A stretch of DNA of 30,952 bases, from UHGV virus genome UHGV-0110025; one strand, written 5' to 3'. The notes beneath the pieces were generated by a model. That model was not told where the DNA came from. It worked only from the letters and a program-made list of their open reading frames with translations, and ran no database searches. Below are positions 1-7,862 of the stretch, in pieces. The DNA is from a virus. Numbering within the stretch: the stretch's first letter is position 1; each line of letters starts with the position of its first letter. The translations under genes were made by a program, and so were the position numbers.

Positions 1-49
1 CATATAAAACAATTAGTTAATGCAATTTTTAATGCAGTGAATTGCAGCG

Positions 50-1099
50 TTACGCAACCTCTGCCGCCACGTTGTCGCCAATACACAGTGACAACGGATT
101 CAAGGTGACAGCTTGTTCAAGATGGTCAGGAGCAAAGTGCGCATACTTCATTGTTTCACGAATATTTGCGTGACCGAGTATCTTCTGGAGTACAAGGATA
201 TTGCCGCCATTCATCATAAAATGCGCGCCAAAGGTGTGACGTAAAACGTGCGTTTTCTGCCCTTCAGTCAATTCAATGTTTGTGAGTTTGAGCATCTTCT
301 TAAAGTCCTGATAGCAGGGCTTGAACATTCTTCCCTGACGTTCGGACAACTCGTCATACAGCCATTTAGGAATCGGAACCGTGCGATTCTTCTTACCTTT
401 GGTTTTGGTGAAAGTCAGCTTGCAGGGGGAAAGTTGGGGACGTGTAAGTCTCTCAGCTTCTCCCCATCGTGCGCCAGTAGCCAGGCACACCTTAACAATC
501 ATAGTAAGATTTTCTTTGCCATATTGTTCACAGGCTCGGAACAGCTCCGGGAGCTGAGACAAAGTTAGCCAGGACATTTCTTTCTCAGCTTCTTTGAATA
601 CACGAATCCCGTCCAGTGGATTGGGTAAACTCCATTCACCTAATCGCCGCAGTTCATTGAACACAGCTTCGAGGTATTGCTGTTCGCGATTGACAGTTAT
701 AGGTTTGGCGATCCATTTCGCCGGGTCTTTGTGATAGCCGTTGTCTATTTCGCCACGTAATCGACGGTCACGGTAATGAGCCCAATCTTTAGCGGTAAGA
801 CGAGATGCAATAGGGTCGCCCAACCCGTTACATACAATTTGAAGCTTAGCTAACCGCGACTTACTGGCGACCAACGCCTGTCCATGTAAATTATGCCAAA
901 GCTGGATAATCTCACTTAAGCGTCGGCGGTCTTCTTTCTTGCCGAGCCACGGCTTATCTTCACTCTCGCTTTTCGTAAATGCTTCGAATGCCTCGGCCTC
1001 ACCTTTGGTATTGAATTGCCGACGTATTCGCCGCCCTTCTCGCCCATTAGGATAAAGCTCACATAACCATTTGCCATTTTTTTGCTTACTTATAGTCAT
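50..1099 (-). CDS. int: P2-type tyrosine integrase. The ORF track starts at 1147, but the probable true start is the internal Met at 1099 (MTISKQKNGKW...), matching the N-terminus of P2-family Int.
   Basis: N-terminus (MTISKQKNGKWLCELYPNGREGRRIRRQFNTKGEAEAFE) is characteristic of P2 Int. C-terminal catalytic region has HxxR (VLRHTFGAHF) and a terminal Tyr region (ETMKYAHF). It sits at the prophage end, co-oriented with the repressor. Confidence 0.9.
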   Translation of the reverse strand: MTISKQKNGKWLCELYPNGREGRRIRRQFNTKGEAEAFEAFTKSESEDKPWLGKKEDRRRLSEIIQLWHNLHGQALVASKSRLAKLQIVCNGLGDPIASRLTAKDWAHYRDRRLRGEIDNGYHKDPAKWIAKPITVNREQQYLEAVFNELRRLGEWSLPNPLDGIRVFKEAEKEMSWLTLSQLPELFRACEQYGKENLTMIVKVCLATGARWGEAERLTRPQLSPCKLTFTKTKGKKNRTVPIPKWLYDELSERQGRMFKPCYQDFKKMLKLTNIELTEGQKTHVLRHTFGAHFMMNGGNILVLQKILGHANIRETMKYAHFAPDHLEQAVTLNPLSLCIGDNVAAEVA

Positions 1100-1121
1100 A
1101 ATGTCACCGAGGCAACTCTTA

Positions 1122-1460
1122 TCATTCGCAAAGTGCTGTCGCAGCATCCATTACGGGATCCAAAGGAATTTTTACTCCTTCATAATCCGGGCTATCTTTC
1201 CAAACAGTATCAATATCGCTCCCCTCAAGCTTTCCAGACTTTACACCATCAATAGCAAACCCATTTAATGGGTATCGGTCATCTGTTGCTTTGTCGTACA
1301 CAAAGGCATATCTACCATTAACACAAGACACCGTAGCTTTTTCAAAAGTTAACGGCCAATCATCACCAAACTTAGCACCGTCTAAATCCTGTGTTTTTTC
1401 AGCGGCTGATGCACCGAAAGAAAGTGAAAGAAATAAAGCTAAAAAAAGCTTACGTTTCAT
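1122..1460 (-). CDS. Small secreted protein (about 113 aa) with a cleavable Sec signal peptide (MKRKLFLALFLSLSFGASA|AEKT). Moron inserted between int and C. Start taken at MKRK, not the longer ORF-track start, which overlaps C.
   Basis: Positive n-region, hydrophobic h-region and an ASA-AE cleavage motif. Local GC is lower than in the flanking int and C genes. P2 itself has no gene at this position. Confidence 0.6.
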   Translation of the reverse strand: MKRKLFLALFLSLSFGASAAEKTQDLDGAKFGDDWPLTFEKATVSCVNGRYAFVYDKATDDRYPLNGFAIDGVKSGKLEGSDIDTVWKDSPDYEGVKIPLDPVMDAATALCE

Positions 1461-1468
1461 AATGTCCC

Positions 1469-2305
1469 TTATACGTGTTTTTCCAATGTGAAAATTACAG
1501 CACCTACTGGTGTGATATCTGTAATGCTGCATTCAAACTCGGCAGACTTATTTGACAACCTGACTTTTCCGCCGGGAAGACGAATTACATCAAAAACATC
1601 AAGAGCGCCGTCAATATCAATTAACCAACGCCCATTACTTATGTTCGAAGCAGAACGGTTGACAAGCCAAGAGGCTCCAACACCTTCAACAAAAATCAAC
1701 TCCTCTGAGTCAGAGGGTATCATCGAGGGGTCTGGATGCCATTCGCCAGCGTCCTTAAGCTCACCCGCTTCAAGGCGAAATTTTTTAATTGAAAAACTTG
1801 ATGTGACCATTTCTCTGTTAGTTCGCATTTGCCCCTTGCCGGTTGCTAACCATTCCAGCGAAACACCAGTATCAAGGGCACAAGTAACAACTACATCGCC
1901 TGGGAAAAAATCACGCCGAACCCATGTGCTAATTGTTCCAGATGATATACCGAGTAAATCACCCAGCTCCTTTTGCATAGAAAAACCGTAAGCATCAAGG
2001 ATGCGTCTCAGAACAGGTTTACCACCTGAAGCCATGACCTTTTCATAAAGCTCTTTGCCCTTCAGGGTCGCACGTGAAGAGTTTGCTTTTGCAAGCTCCC
2101 CTGTCACTAACCATCCGATATCTGCGCCCGTTTCAATAGCACATTCAACAAATACATTGCCCGGAACGCTATCTCTGGCAAGCCAACTGCTTATGTTGTT
2201 GGCATAAATACCAAGTTTTTCGCCAAGTTCTTTTTGCGAGCTAAGTCCATAAGCCGAAAGGATTCTTTCGATAGCCGGAGCCGCACCATCTCCAAATTTA
2301 GCCAT
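1469..2305 (-). CDS. Immunity repressor (C/CI-type) carrying two tandem N-terminal CI-type helix-turn-helix domains and a C-terminal oligomerisation-like domain.
   Basis: There is an internal repeat: RILSAYGLSSQKELGEKLGI..SSWLARDSVPGNVFVECAIETGADIGWLVTGE versus RILDAYGFSMQKELGDLLGISSGTISTWVRRDFFPGDVVVTCALDTGVSLEWLATGK. Position and leftward orientation with int match P2/186 C or CI. No Ser-Lys S24 autocleavage motif is evident. Confidence 0.8.
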   Translation of the reverse strand: MAKFGDGAAPAIERILSAYGLSSQKELGEKLGIYANNISSWLARDSVPGNVFVECAIETGADIGWLVTGELAKANSSRATLKGKELYEKVMASGGKPVLRRILDAYGFSMQKELGDLLGISSGTISTWVRRDFFPGDVVVTCALDTGVSLEWLATGKGQMRTNREMVTSSFSIKKFRLEAGELKDAGEWHPDPSMIPSDSEELIFVEGVGASWLVNRSASNISNGRWLIDIDGALDVFDVIRLPGGKVRLSNKSAEFECSITDITPVGAVIFTLEKHV

Positions 2306-2315
2306 GTATCGCCAC

Positions 2316-2362
2316 CAAAATTAATTTTCGCCATTGCAAAATTAAATTTCGCGAACTAAAGT
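2316..2362 (+). promoter_or_regulatory. Immunity switch region. It has two 17-bp direct repeats (caaaattaattttcgcc at 2316-2332 and caaaattaaatttcgcg at 2337-2353, spaced 21 bp start to start). These overlap a rightward sigma70-like early promoter (-35 TTGCAA 2334-2339, 17-nt spacer, -10 TAAAGT 2357-2362).
   Basis: The direct repeats are read directly from the sequence. P2 C protein is known to bind direct-repeat operators that flank the Pe -10. The leftward Pc promoter for C/int was not confidently located. Confidence 0.4.
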
Positions 2363-2425
2363 GATGATTATCAACCACGATGCACATCAATGCAGTTCAC
2401 TACAAACAACAGGAGATAATGCGAT

Positions 2426-2797
2426 ATGTCAGATGCAAAATCAATCTCGACGCATGATTCGCAAAACTCACAAAATCAAACTGTGCTGTTAGATCCGGCT
2501 CAGTTTGATGCCATCGTTACCGCTATGCTGCCAGCTCTGCAGACAATGATCCGCTCCGCTATGTCAGACACAATGACAGTGAAAGACTTTGCCGCCACTC
2601 GCGGTGTAAGCGAGCGTCTGGTCTGGCAATGGCTTGATGAGGGAATCCTCCTCAAAGCTCCAACTAAAGACTTTTCCAACAAGGAAGAGGCTGGAAAACG
2701 AAGCCGCACCCTCGTAAACGTGAAAGCATGGCGCGACAAACTAACCCAGCAAGCGATTGATTGTCGCTACATCGACCACCGCATCGCTCTTAACTGA
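2426..2797 (+). CDS. First early-operon gene. Putative Cox/Apl-like HTH DNA-binding protein (excisionase / early regulator).
   Basis: Good SD (aggaga) 8 nt upstream. It occupies the cox/apl position immediately rightward of the switch. It has an HTH-like segment (TVKDFAATRGVSERLVWQWLDEGIL). At 123 aa it is longer than canonical Cox or Apl. Confidence 0.45.
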   Translation: MSDAKSISTHDSQNSQNQTVLLDPAQFDAIVTAMLPALQTMIRSAMSDTMTVKDFAATRGVSERLVWQWLDEGILLKAPTKDFSNKEEAGKRSRTLVNVKAWRDKLTQQAIDCRYIDHRIALN

Positions 2798-2829
2798 ATT
2801 TGATTATGCAAGTTAGAGGGAATTTAACC

Positions 2830-3339
2830 ATGTTTGATTTTCAGATTTCTAAACATCCTCACTATGACGAAGCGTGCCGGGCTTTTGCGCAGCGTCACAA
2901 CATGGCGAAGCTGGCCGAGCGTGCGGGTATGAACGTTCAAACGTTACGTAACAAGCTCAACCCAGAACAGCCTCACCAATTCACACCGCCTGAATTGTGG
3001 CTGCTGACTGACCTGACCGAAGACTCAACCCTCGTTGATGGCTTTCTGGCGCAAATACATTGTCTGCCATGCGTGCCGGTTAATGAGCTGGCTAAAGAGA
3101 AATTGCAGTCTTATGTGATGCGCGCAATGAGTGAACTCGGCGAACTGGCGAGCGGTGCGGTATCAAATGAACGTATGACCTCTGACCGCAAACACAGCAT
3201 GGTTGAGAGTGTTAATGCAGGCATCCGCATGTTGTCTCTGTCGGCGCTGGCGTTACAGGCGCGTCTACAGGCTAACCCGGCAATGTCGAGCGTGGTTGAT
3301 ACCATGACCGGCATCGGCGCAACATTTGGTTTGGTATGA
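2830..3339 (+). CDS. cII: 186-type CII lysogeny-establishment regulator (phage regulatory protein CII family), 169 aa. Start taken at MFDFQ, not the upstream TTG/ATG of the ORF track.
   Basis: Sequence MFDFQISKHPHYDEACRAFAQRHNMAKLAERAGMNVQTLRNKLNPEQPHQFTPPELWLLTDLTEDSTLVDGFLAQIH is essentially the coliphage 186 CII N-terminal domain. SD gaggga lies 9 nt upstream of the 2830 ATG. Confidence 0.85.
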   Translation: MFDFQISKHPHYDEACRAFAQRHNMAKLAERAGMNVQTLRNKLNPEQPHQFTPPELWLLTDLTEDSTLVDGFLAQIHCLPCVPVNELAKEKLQSYVMRAMSELGELASGAVSNERMTSDRKHSMVESVNAGIRMLSLSALALQARLQANPAMSSVVDTMTGIGATFGLV

Positions 3340-3547
3340 GGTGTTTATGCTGAAAAATGAACCCTCATTCGCATCTCTGCTCGTTAAACAAAATCCAGGT
3401 ATGCATTACGGTCACGGCTGGATCGCGGGTAAAGATGGTAAGCGCTGGCACCCGTGCCGCTCTCAGTCTGATTTACTGGCTGGCCTCTCTACTCAAAAGC
3501 TGGGGGAATCATGGCTATCGAAGCTGTTTCCGCGACTATTCCGCTAA
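3326..3547 (+). CDS. Small early-operon protein of unknown function. Alternative start at 3347 (MLKNEPSF...).
   Basis: ORF in the early operon, overlapping the cII stop. Position is analogous to fil/dhr-like small genes of 186. No recognisable motif. Confidence 0.4.
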   Translation: MVWYEVFMLKNEPSFASLLVKQNPGMHYGHGWIAGKDGKRWHPCRSQSDLLAGLSTQKLGESWLSKLFPRLFR

Positions 3548-3849
3548 AAGCGGGTGAACGTCTGGCCGGTCTCAATCATGTAGCTGAATTGCGCGCGAGA
3601 TATTGGGGCGATAGTTGGAAAGAGGTTGAGCGCTTTGTCGATGATATGCGCGATAAACGTGACTCTCAATTTGAAGAAAATAATCGGGCGCTGGCCGCTA
3701 TTTTCTTTCTGGCAAAAATACCGGCGGCTCGTCATGAGCTCGAATTAAGTGAGCTGACTACTGACGAGAAAAAAGCGCTTATTACAGCGATGAATCATTT
3801 TCGTGCAGTAGTGAGCTTATTTCCCAAACGGCTAACCATGCCGAATTAA
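3511..3849 (+). CDS. Early-operon hypothetical protein (112 aa).
   Basis: Backbone-like GC, co-oriented in the early operon and overlaps the upstream ORF end. No motif recognised. Confidence 0.5.
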   Translation: MAIEAVSATIPLKAGERLAGLNHVAELRARYWGDSWKEVERFVDDMRDKRDSQFEENNRALAAIFFLAKIPAARHELELSELTTDEKKALITAMNHFRAVVSLFPKRLTMPN

Positions 3850-3915
3850 CCAAAACAGAAATTAATGGCGTAAACCCGCCGGGCATTTTATTGCCCAAAA
3901 TCAGGAGAGTTAGTT

Positions 3916-4143
3916 ATGCGTAATACCGAACCCCGTAGTTTTAATACTGATAGTGACACGCTGGCCGTGCTGCTGACAGATGCAAAAAAAGAAGAACGCA
4001 AAGACCGCGCACTCGCCGTTTCAATCCGTCTTGAGGCGCTGGCTATCCATATCACTAAAGAGGGCATGAACGGCACCGAAGCCGCTGAACTGCTGCGCCG
4101 TGAGGCCACCCGCTACGAAAACGAATCACAGGAGCTGCACTAA
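3916..4143 (+). CDS. Early-operon hypothetical protein (75 aa).
   Basis: Strong SD (aggagagttagtt ATG). Stop overlaps the next start (TAATG). Confidence 0.5.
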   Translation: MRNTEPRSFNTDSDTLAVLLTDAKKEERKDRALAVSIRLEALAIHITKEGMNGTEAAELLRREATRYENESQELH

Positions 4144-4364
4144 TGGCCGACGCAATGGATTTAGCACAACTGCGCGAGCAGGAAGACCGCGAGCGCCACA
4201 TCAGCAACGCGCGCAGCCGTATAGCAGCGTCCTCTCCTTTCCTCTGCGAAGAATGTGACTCACCAATCCCGGAAGCTCGCCGTGCTGCAATTCAGGGGGT
4301 GGCATTTTGCGTGACTTGTCAGCAAATCGCAGAGCTAAAAAACAAACACTATCGGGGGGTATAA
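4143..4364 (+). CDS. DksA/TraR-family C4 zinc-finger protein (73 aa).
   Basis: Motif CEECDSPIPEARRAAIQGVAFCVTCQ (CxxC-x17-CxxC with the conserved PEARR). Typical of TraR-like proteins found in P2/186-family early operons. Confidence 0.7.
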   Translation: MADAMDLAQLREQEDRERHISNARSRIAASSPFLCEECDSPIPEARRAAIQGVAFCVTCQQIAELKNKHYRGV

Positions 4365-4365
4365 A

Positions 4366-6588
4366 TTGGCTGTTCAATTCGCTTATCCGTGGAATGCTCC
4401 ACGATCGGCTATAGCCAGCCCATACCTTACTTATAAGCAACAGCATCGCCGCGACCGTATGTTCGCGGCGATGCTGCATGCTAAAAAGGTGCTTTCTCTC
4501 CAGCCCGACTGCGTGCGGTTAGATGTTTATCGCACTGCGGCAGTGCTGGAGCAAAATCAGGGCATTCAACGAGCCAATGCCTTTTTGATCAGCTTCTGCA
4601 AAAAGGCATTGCCGCGTCTTGAATTGGTCGCAAAAAAATACGAATGCGCGGGTATCAACAGCAAGGTATCAACCTCTGTTTTTGGAAGTCATTTTGATAC
4701 CCAGCTTATGCAATATCTGGCGTCACGCATGGTTAATATGGTCGCCCGATATAACCGCCTCCCGGATATGTCGCGCGCTGATGTTGACCTGTTGGCCGCC
4801 GATATTGCTAATTTCATTCGTGGTGAACTTGCCAACATTAATGACCACGGATTCGGCGAGCTTAAAACGCTGTACACCTGGTATAATCGTGCTGGCTTTA
4901 TTTCCCTCCAGTTCAACGTTATCCCCCCCCATTGGGATCGGGTTGCAAAAAAATATGTTGGCGCGGATGAAATCGCACCGGCTATCGCCAAGATGTTTAA
5001 CGATGGGTGGTGGCGTGGTCGTTTGCGCCGGGTTGCAGCTACGTGGCGCGAACACCTGCAAATTGCAGTCGGCAACGTCAGCAAGAAAAAAAACACCTAT
5101 GCGAGTAAAAACTGCGTGACTGACTGGCGTGAACAAAAGCGCCGAACTCGTGAATTTCTCAAAGGTCTGGATCTCGAAGACGAAGACGGCAACCGTATCA
5201 GCCTGATTGAAAAATATGATGGCTCAGTTGCTAACCCTGCGATTCGCCGCTGTGAGCTCATGACTCGCATTCGTGGGTTTGAAAACATCTGTAATGAGCT
5301 CGGTTATGTCGGTGAGTTTTACACTCTGACCGCGCCGTCGAAATATCACGCCACGACTAAAGCCGGTTACCGTAACAGCAAATGGAGCGGTGCCTGCCCG
5401 GCTGACACGCAAAACTATCTAACTGATATCTGGGCGCGTATCCGTGCCAAACTGCATCGGGAAGATGTCCGTATTTTCGGTATTCGTGTCGCCGAGCCCC
5501 ATCACGACGGTACTCCACACTGGCACATGCTGATGTTCATGCTGCCGGAAGATGTTGAATATGTTCGCTCCATCGTCCGTAAATACGCGTGGAAAGAAGA
5601 CCGCCGCGAACTGAAAAGCGATAAGGCAAAAAAAGCACGTTTCCACGCCGAGTCCATTGACCCGGAGAAAGGCAGCGCAACCGGCTATGTTGCTAAATAC
5701 ATATCAAAAAATATCGACGGTTATGCTCTCGATGGTGAAACCGATAATGAAAGCGGTGAACTGCTGAAAGAGACAGCCCCCGCCGTTTCAGCATGGGCTT
5801 CGCGCTGGCACATCCGTCAGTTTCAGTTTATCGGTGGTGCGCCGGTGACGGTTTACCGTGAGTTGCGTCGCCTCGCTGATACCGAAACCGCGCACGGACT
5901 GAGCGTTGAGTTTGCCGCCGTCCATGATGCCGCCGACGCTGGTGACTGGGCTGGTTATGTTAATGCGCAGGGTGGACCGTTTGTCCGTCGCGATGATTTA
6001 CAGGTGCGCACACTGTATGAACCACGTACCGAGCTTAATCAGTACGGTGAGGAAACGGTATGTATTAAGGGGGTCTACGATTCCTCCATAGGTGCAGGTA
6101 GCCCGATTTTAACCCGGCTCACTCAGTGGAAGATTGTTCCGAAGCATGCTGTTGATTTGGCCGTTGACCTTCAGGACGGCAAAGCCGTCCCTCGGAGTTC
6201 TGTCAATAACTGTACGGGAAGTGAAAGCGATCCACCGATACTGGATTTAACAAAACCACAGAGTCGGCGCGAAAGACGAGAGCTGACCAACCGACTCAGG
6301 AAGCAAAAACCAGCAATACGGCGAAAATTCGTCCACGGAATGGATGAGCAAAACGCAGCTATAGCGAAAACTATCGACGAGATACATCTGACAACCAGCA
6401 TCACAATCAGCCGGGGCGAAGCCCTGCACCTGATGGCAGGTGGGAAAAGCTGTTTTGATGGCAAATGGCTAAGGGGAACATCCAAAGGGGAGATATTTTC
6501 CACTGTCCCATCGAACCAAGCTAAAGCTAGTAAAATCCTCAATCGTGTTGCAGCGTTGGTAGAAGCATCAAAGTTAATAGATGATTAA
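4366..6588 (+). CDS. A: Replication initiation endonuclease gpA (rolling-circle HUH nickase).
   Basis: HUH motif HHDGTPHWHMLMF and catalytic tyrosine motif GYVAKYISKN. Size of 740 aa is close to the 761 aa of P2 A. Last early-operon gene. The C-terminal ~150 aa are lower GC and divergent. Confidence 0.9.
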   Translation: MAVQFAYPWNAPRSAIASPYLTYKQQHRRDRMFAAMLHAKKVLSLQPDCVRLDVYRTAAVLEQNQGIQRANAFLISFCKKALPRLELVAKKYECAGINSKVSTSVFGSHFDTQLMQYLASRMVNMVARYNRLPDMSRADVDLLAADIANFIRGELANINDHGFGELKTLYTWYNRAGFISLQFNVIPPHWDRVAKKYVGADEIAPAIAKMFNDGWWRGRLRRVAATWREHLQIAVGNVSKKKNTYASKNCVTDWREQKRRTREFLKGLDLEDEDGNRISLIEKYDGSVANPAIRRCELMTRIRGFENICNELGYVGEFYTLTAPSKYHATTKAGYRNSKWSGACPADTQNYLTDIWARIRAKLHREDVRIFGIRVAEPHHDGTPHWHMLMFMLPEDVEYVRSIVRKYAWKEDRRELKSDKAKKARFHAESIDPEKGSATGYVAKYISKNIDGYALDGETDNESGELLKETAPAVSAWASRWHIRQFQFIGGAPVTVYRELRRLADTETAHGLSVEFAAVHDAADAGDWAGYVNAQGGPFVRRDDLQVRTLYEPRTELNQYGEETVCIKGVYDSSIGAGSPILTRLTQWKIVPKHAVDLAVDLQDGKAVPRSSVNNCTGSESDPPILDLTKPQSRRERRELTNRLRKQKPAIRRKFVHGMDEQNAAIAKTIDEIHLTTSITISRGEALHLMAGGKSCFDGKWLRGTSKGEIFSTVPSNQAKASKILNRVAALVEASKLIDD

Positions 6589-6662
6589 TTTACATCCATA
6601 TCATGCACATACAATACCTGCATGATTCACTTTTTCTCTTCCCATCATTTGCTAATACGTGA

Positions 6663-6682
6663 TACTGTACAAATATACAGTT
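6663..6682 (+). promoter_or_regulatory. LexA (SOS) box TACTGTACAAATATACAGTT (CTGT-N8-ACAG), overlapping a putative promoter (-35 TTGCTA 6649-6654).
   Basis: Perfect CTGT-N8-ACAG palindrome with an AT-rich spacer, 20 bp upstream of a small ORF with an SD (gggaggg). Position is analogous to the LexA-controlled tum promoter of coliphage 186 at the right end downstream of gene A. Confidence 0.6.
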
Positions 6683-6702
6683 ATCATATTGGGAGGGATT
6701 TC

Positions 6703-6888
6703 ATGGTTGGGGAACATTTCAGCCGAACGCAGCAAAAGTGGGCTTGTGTGCAATTCATTGCCGAGATATCTCTGGTTGCAAACTGCAAGCCAGCAGACTT
6801 AAAGCTTGCGCTTACTCTCATTGCTGATCTGGCAAACAGCGAAAACAACGAAGAACCAGAAAATGAAGTCTTTTATAAGGCTGAATAG
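6703..6888 (+). CDS. Small SOS-controlled ORF (61 aa from the MVGEHFS start). Candidate Tum-like antirepressor or SOS-induced small protein.
   Basis: SD gggaggg sits 5 nt upstream of the ATG, immediately downstream of the LexA box. It has an acidic C-terminus. The antirepressor assignment is by position only (inference). Confidence 0.4.
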   Translation: MVGEHFSRTQQKWACVQFIAEISLVANCKPADLKLALTLIADLANSENNEEPENEVFYKAE

Positions 6889-6890
6889 GT

Positions 6891-7025
6891 TATGAAAATT
6901 AATCTCACATTGGATAAGAAACAAAAACTAGGCCGACCGGTTATTGATGCCTTTCAATGCGAATTGACCAAGAGGACACTGTCTATTTTTCCGTCAACAT
7001 GTGGTGCCGTCAAGAGAGCACTATG
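6891..7025 (+). CDS. Possible 44-aa micro-ORF (MKINLTLDKKQKLGRPVIDAFQCELTKRTLSIFPSTCGAVKRAL).
   Basis: It starts 2 nt after the preceding stop, and its stop overlaps the next ATG (ctATGAgt). Weak SD and no homology recognised. It is below the ORF-track length cutoff. Confidence 0.2.
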
Positions 7026-7148
7026 AGTGGTGCTGAGTTGATGGAGTTTGATATAGATTCAGATCGCGAGGCGCTTGATGGTATTCTCCAAGAAATCTGG
7101 GAAGACGAGCAGTTGGCGGTAGTTAATGACAGAATGTGCAGACCATAA
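7023..7148 (+). CDS. Possible 41-aa acidic micro-ORF (MSGAELMEFDIDSDREALDGILQEIWEDEQLAVVNDRMCRP). The ORF track gives a longer 63-aa version from 6957.
   Basis: ATGA-overlapped with the upstream micro-ORF. Highly acidic. Speculative. Confidence 0.2.
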   Translation: MSGAELMEFDIDSDREALDGILQEIWEDEQLAVVNDRMCRP

Positions 7149-7196
7149 CCCTATGTCTAGTTGCACGGAGGTTAGAAAAAATGCTGTCCGAATTAG

Positions 7197-7215
7197 CCCT
7201 CTCTCAGAGGGCTAT
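7197..7215. terminator. Perfect 8-bp hairpin agccctct-ctc-agagggct. It is flanked on both sides by the direct repeat aaaaatgctgt (7180-7190 and 7223-7233) and followed by a short T-run.
   Basis: Read directly from the sequence. It lies between the SOS micro-ORF cluster and the cargo operon. It could be a terminator or insulator, or a protein-binding site. Confidence 0.3.
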
Positions 7216-7271
7216 GAATTAAAAATGCTGTTTTTGATATGTTAACCTCTTAACAGTTTCATCTTTAAATC

Positions 7272-7299
7272 TTGTAAAGTAAAACTTTGCGTTTATGAT
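7272..7299 (+). promoter_or_regulatory. Candidate sigma70 promoter for the cargo operon: -35 TTGTAA (7272-7277), 16-nt spacer, -10 TATGAT (7294-7299).
   Basis: Good match to consensus in an AT-rich leader about 50 nt upstream of the 7347 start (SD aaggag). Confidence 0.3.
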
Positions 7300-7346
7300 T
7301 GATAAAAATTAAAAAAGTATGAAGAGGCTGTAAAGGAGTTTTATCA

Positions 7347-7862
7347 ATGCCTGGATTCCAAAATGCACAGCAAAATCAATTTGATGATCATGCTCCAGAA
7401 ATGGAGATAAACTTAATCGTAGATGTTGCTGAGCAGCCCGTAGCCTTTACCTATCAATATAGTGAGCAAATTAGCCACCTTGCACCGCAATGTCCGCCAG
7501 CAGAAGCGATTGAATGTGACAAAGAATGCTGGCGCTTCACTCTCAATCCGATAACGGACAGTTGCTTTTGGCCTCCAAAAAGAAGGGTTCCTGAGAGGGT
7601 TGCCTCAGACAGTCAGCAGGAGTGCTCTATGTGGGCGTTGTCTATGTATGAATCAGAGCGACAAGCTGTAGTCGCTTATTCTGGGCTTTCTAAGTCAGTG
7701 AGAAATATTAAGAAAACAATTGGAGATCACCTTGCAAGAGGCACGGTAGCTTGTGGTGATGGTAGATGTATGCCTCCAAATAGAAAAGGCCATTTTGACT
7801 TTCATCCATATTTAGATACTGAGTTCCCTGATGGCTTTCAGGTAATAAGAGCATTACCATGA
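7347..7862 (+). CDS. Cargo gene 1 (171 aa), Cys/His-rich hypothetical protein. Low GC. First gene of a two-gene operon in the P2 tin/old hotspot position.
   Basis: SD aaggag 8 nt upstream. Cysteine-rich segments (CPPAEAIECDKEC, CGDGRC, HFDFH). GC is clearly below the backbone. No recognised family. Confidence 0.6.
   Translation: MPGFQNAQQNQFDDHAPEMEINLIVDVAEQPVAFTYQYSEQISHLAPQCPPAEAIECDKECWRFTLNPITDSCFWPPKRRVPERVASDSQQECSMWALSMYESERQAVVAYSGLSKSVRNIKKTIGDHLARGTVACGDGRCMPPNRKGHFDFHPYLDTEFPDGFQVIRALP

Noticed and set aside
1-49. Looked for an attL core or tRNA 3' end next to int
   Set aside because: Only 49 nt are available. They are AT-rich and show no tRNA-like structure or recognisable repeat, so this cannot be assessed within the window.
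4923-4930. C8 homopolymer (and nearby A8 runs) inside gene A as a possible slipped-strand phase-variation switch
   Set aside because: The tract encodes an in-frame Pro-Pro-His within an intact ORF. There is no evidence of alternative frames with function. It is most likely a coincidental homopolymer.
4619-5136. Plus- and minus-strand ORFs (166, 135 and 137 aa) inside gene A
   Set aside because: They lie entirely within the well-supported replication gene A in alternative or antisense frames. They have no SD and a composition typical of shadow ORFs in GC-rich coding DNA.
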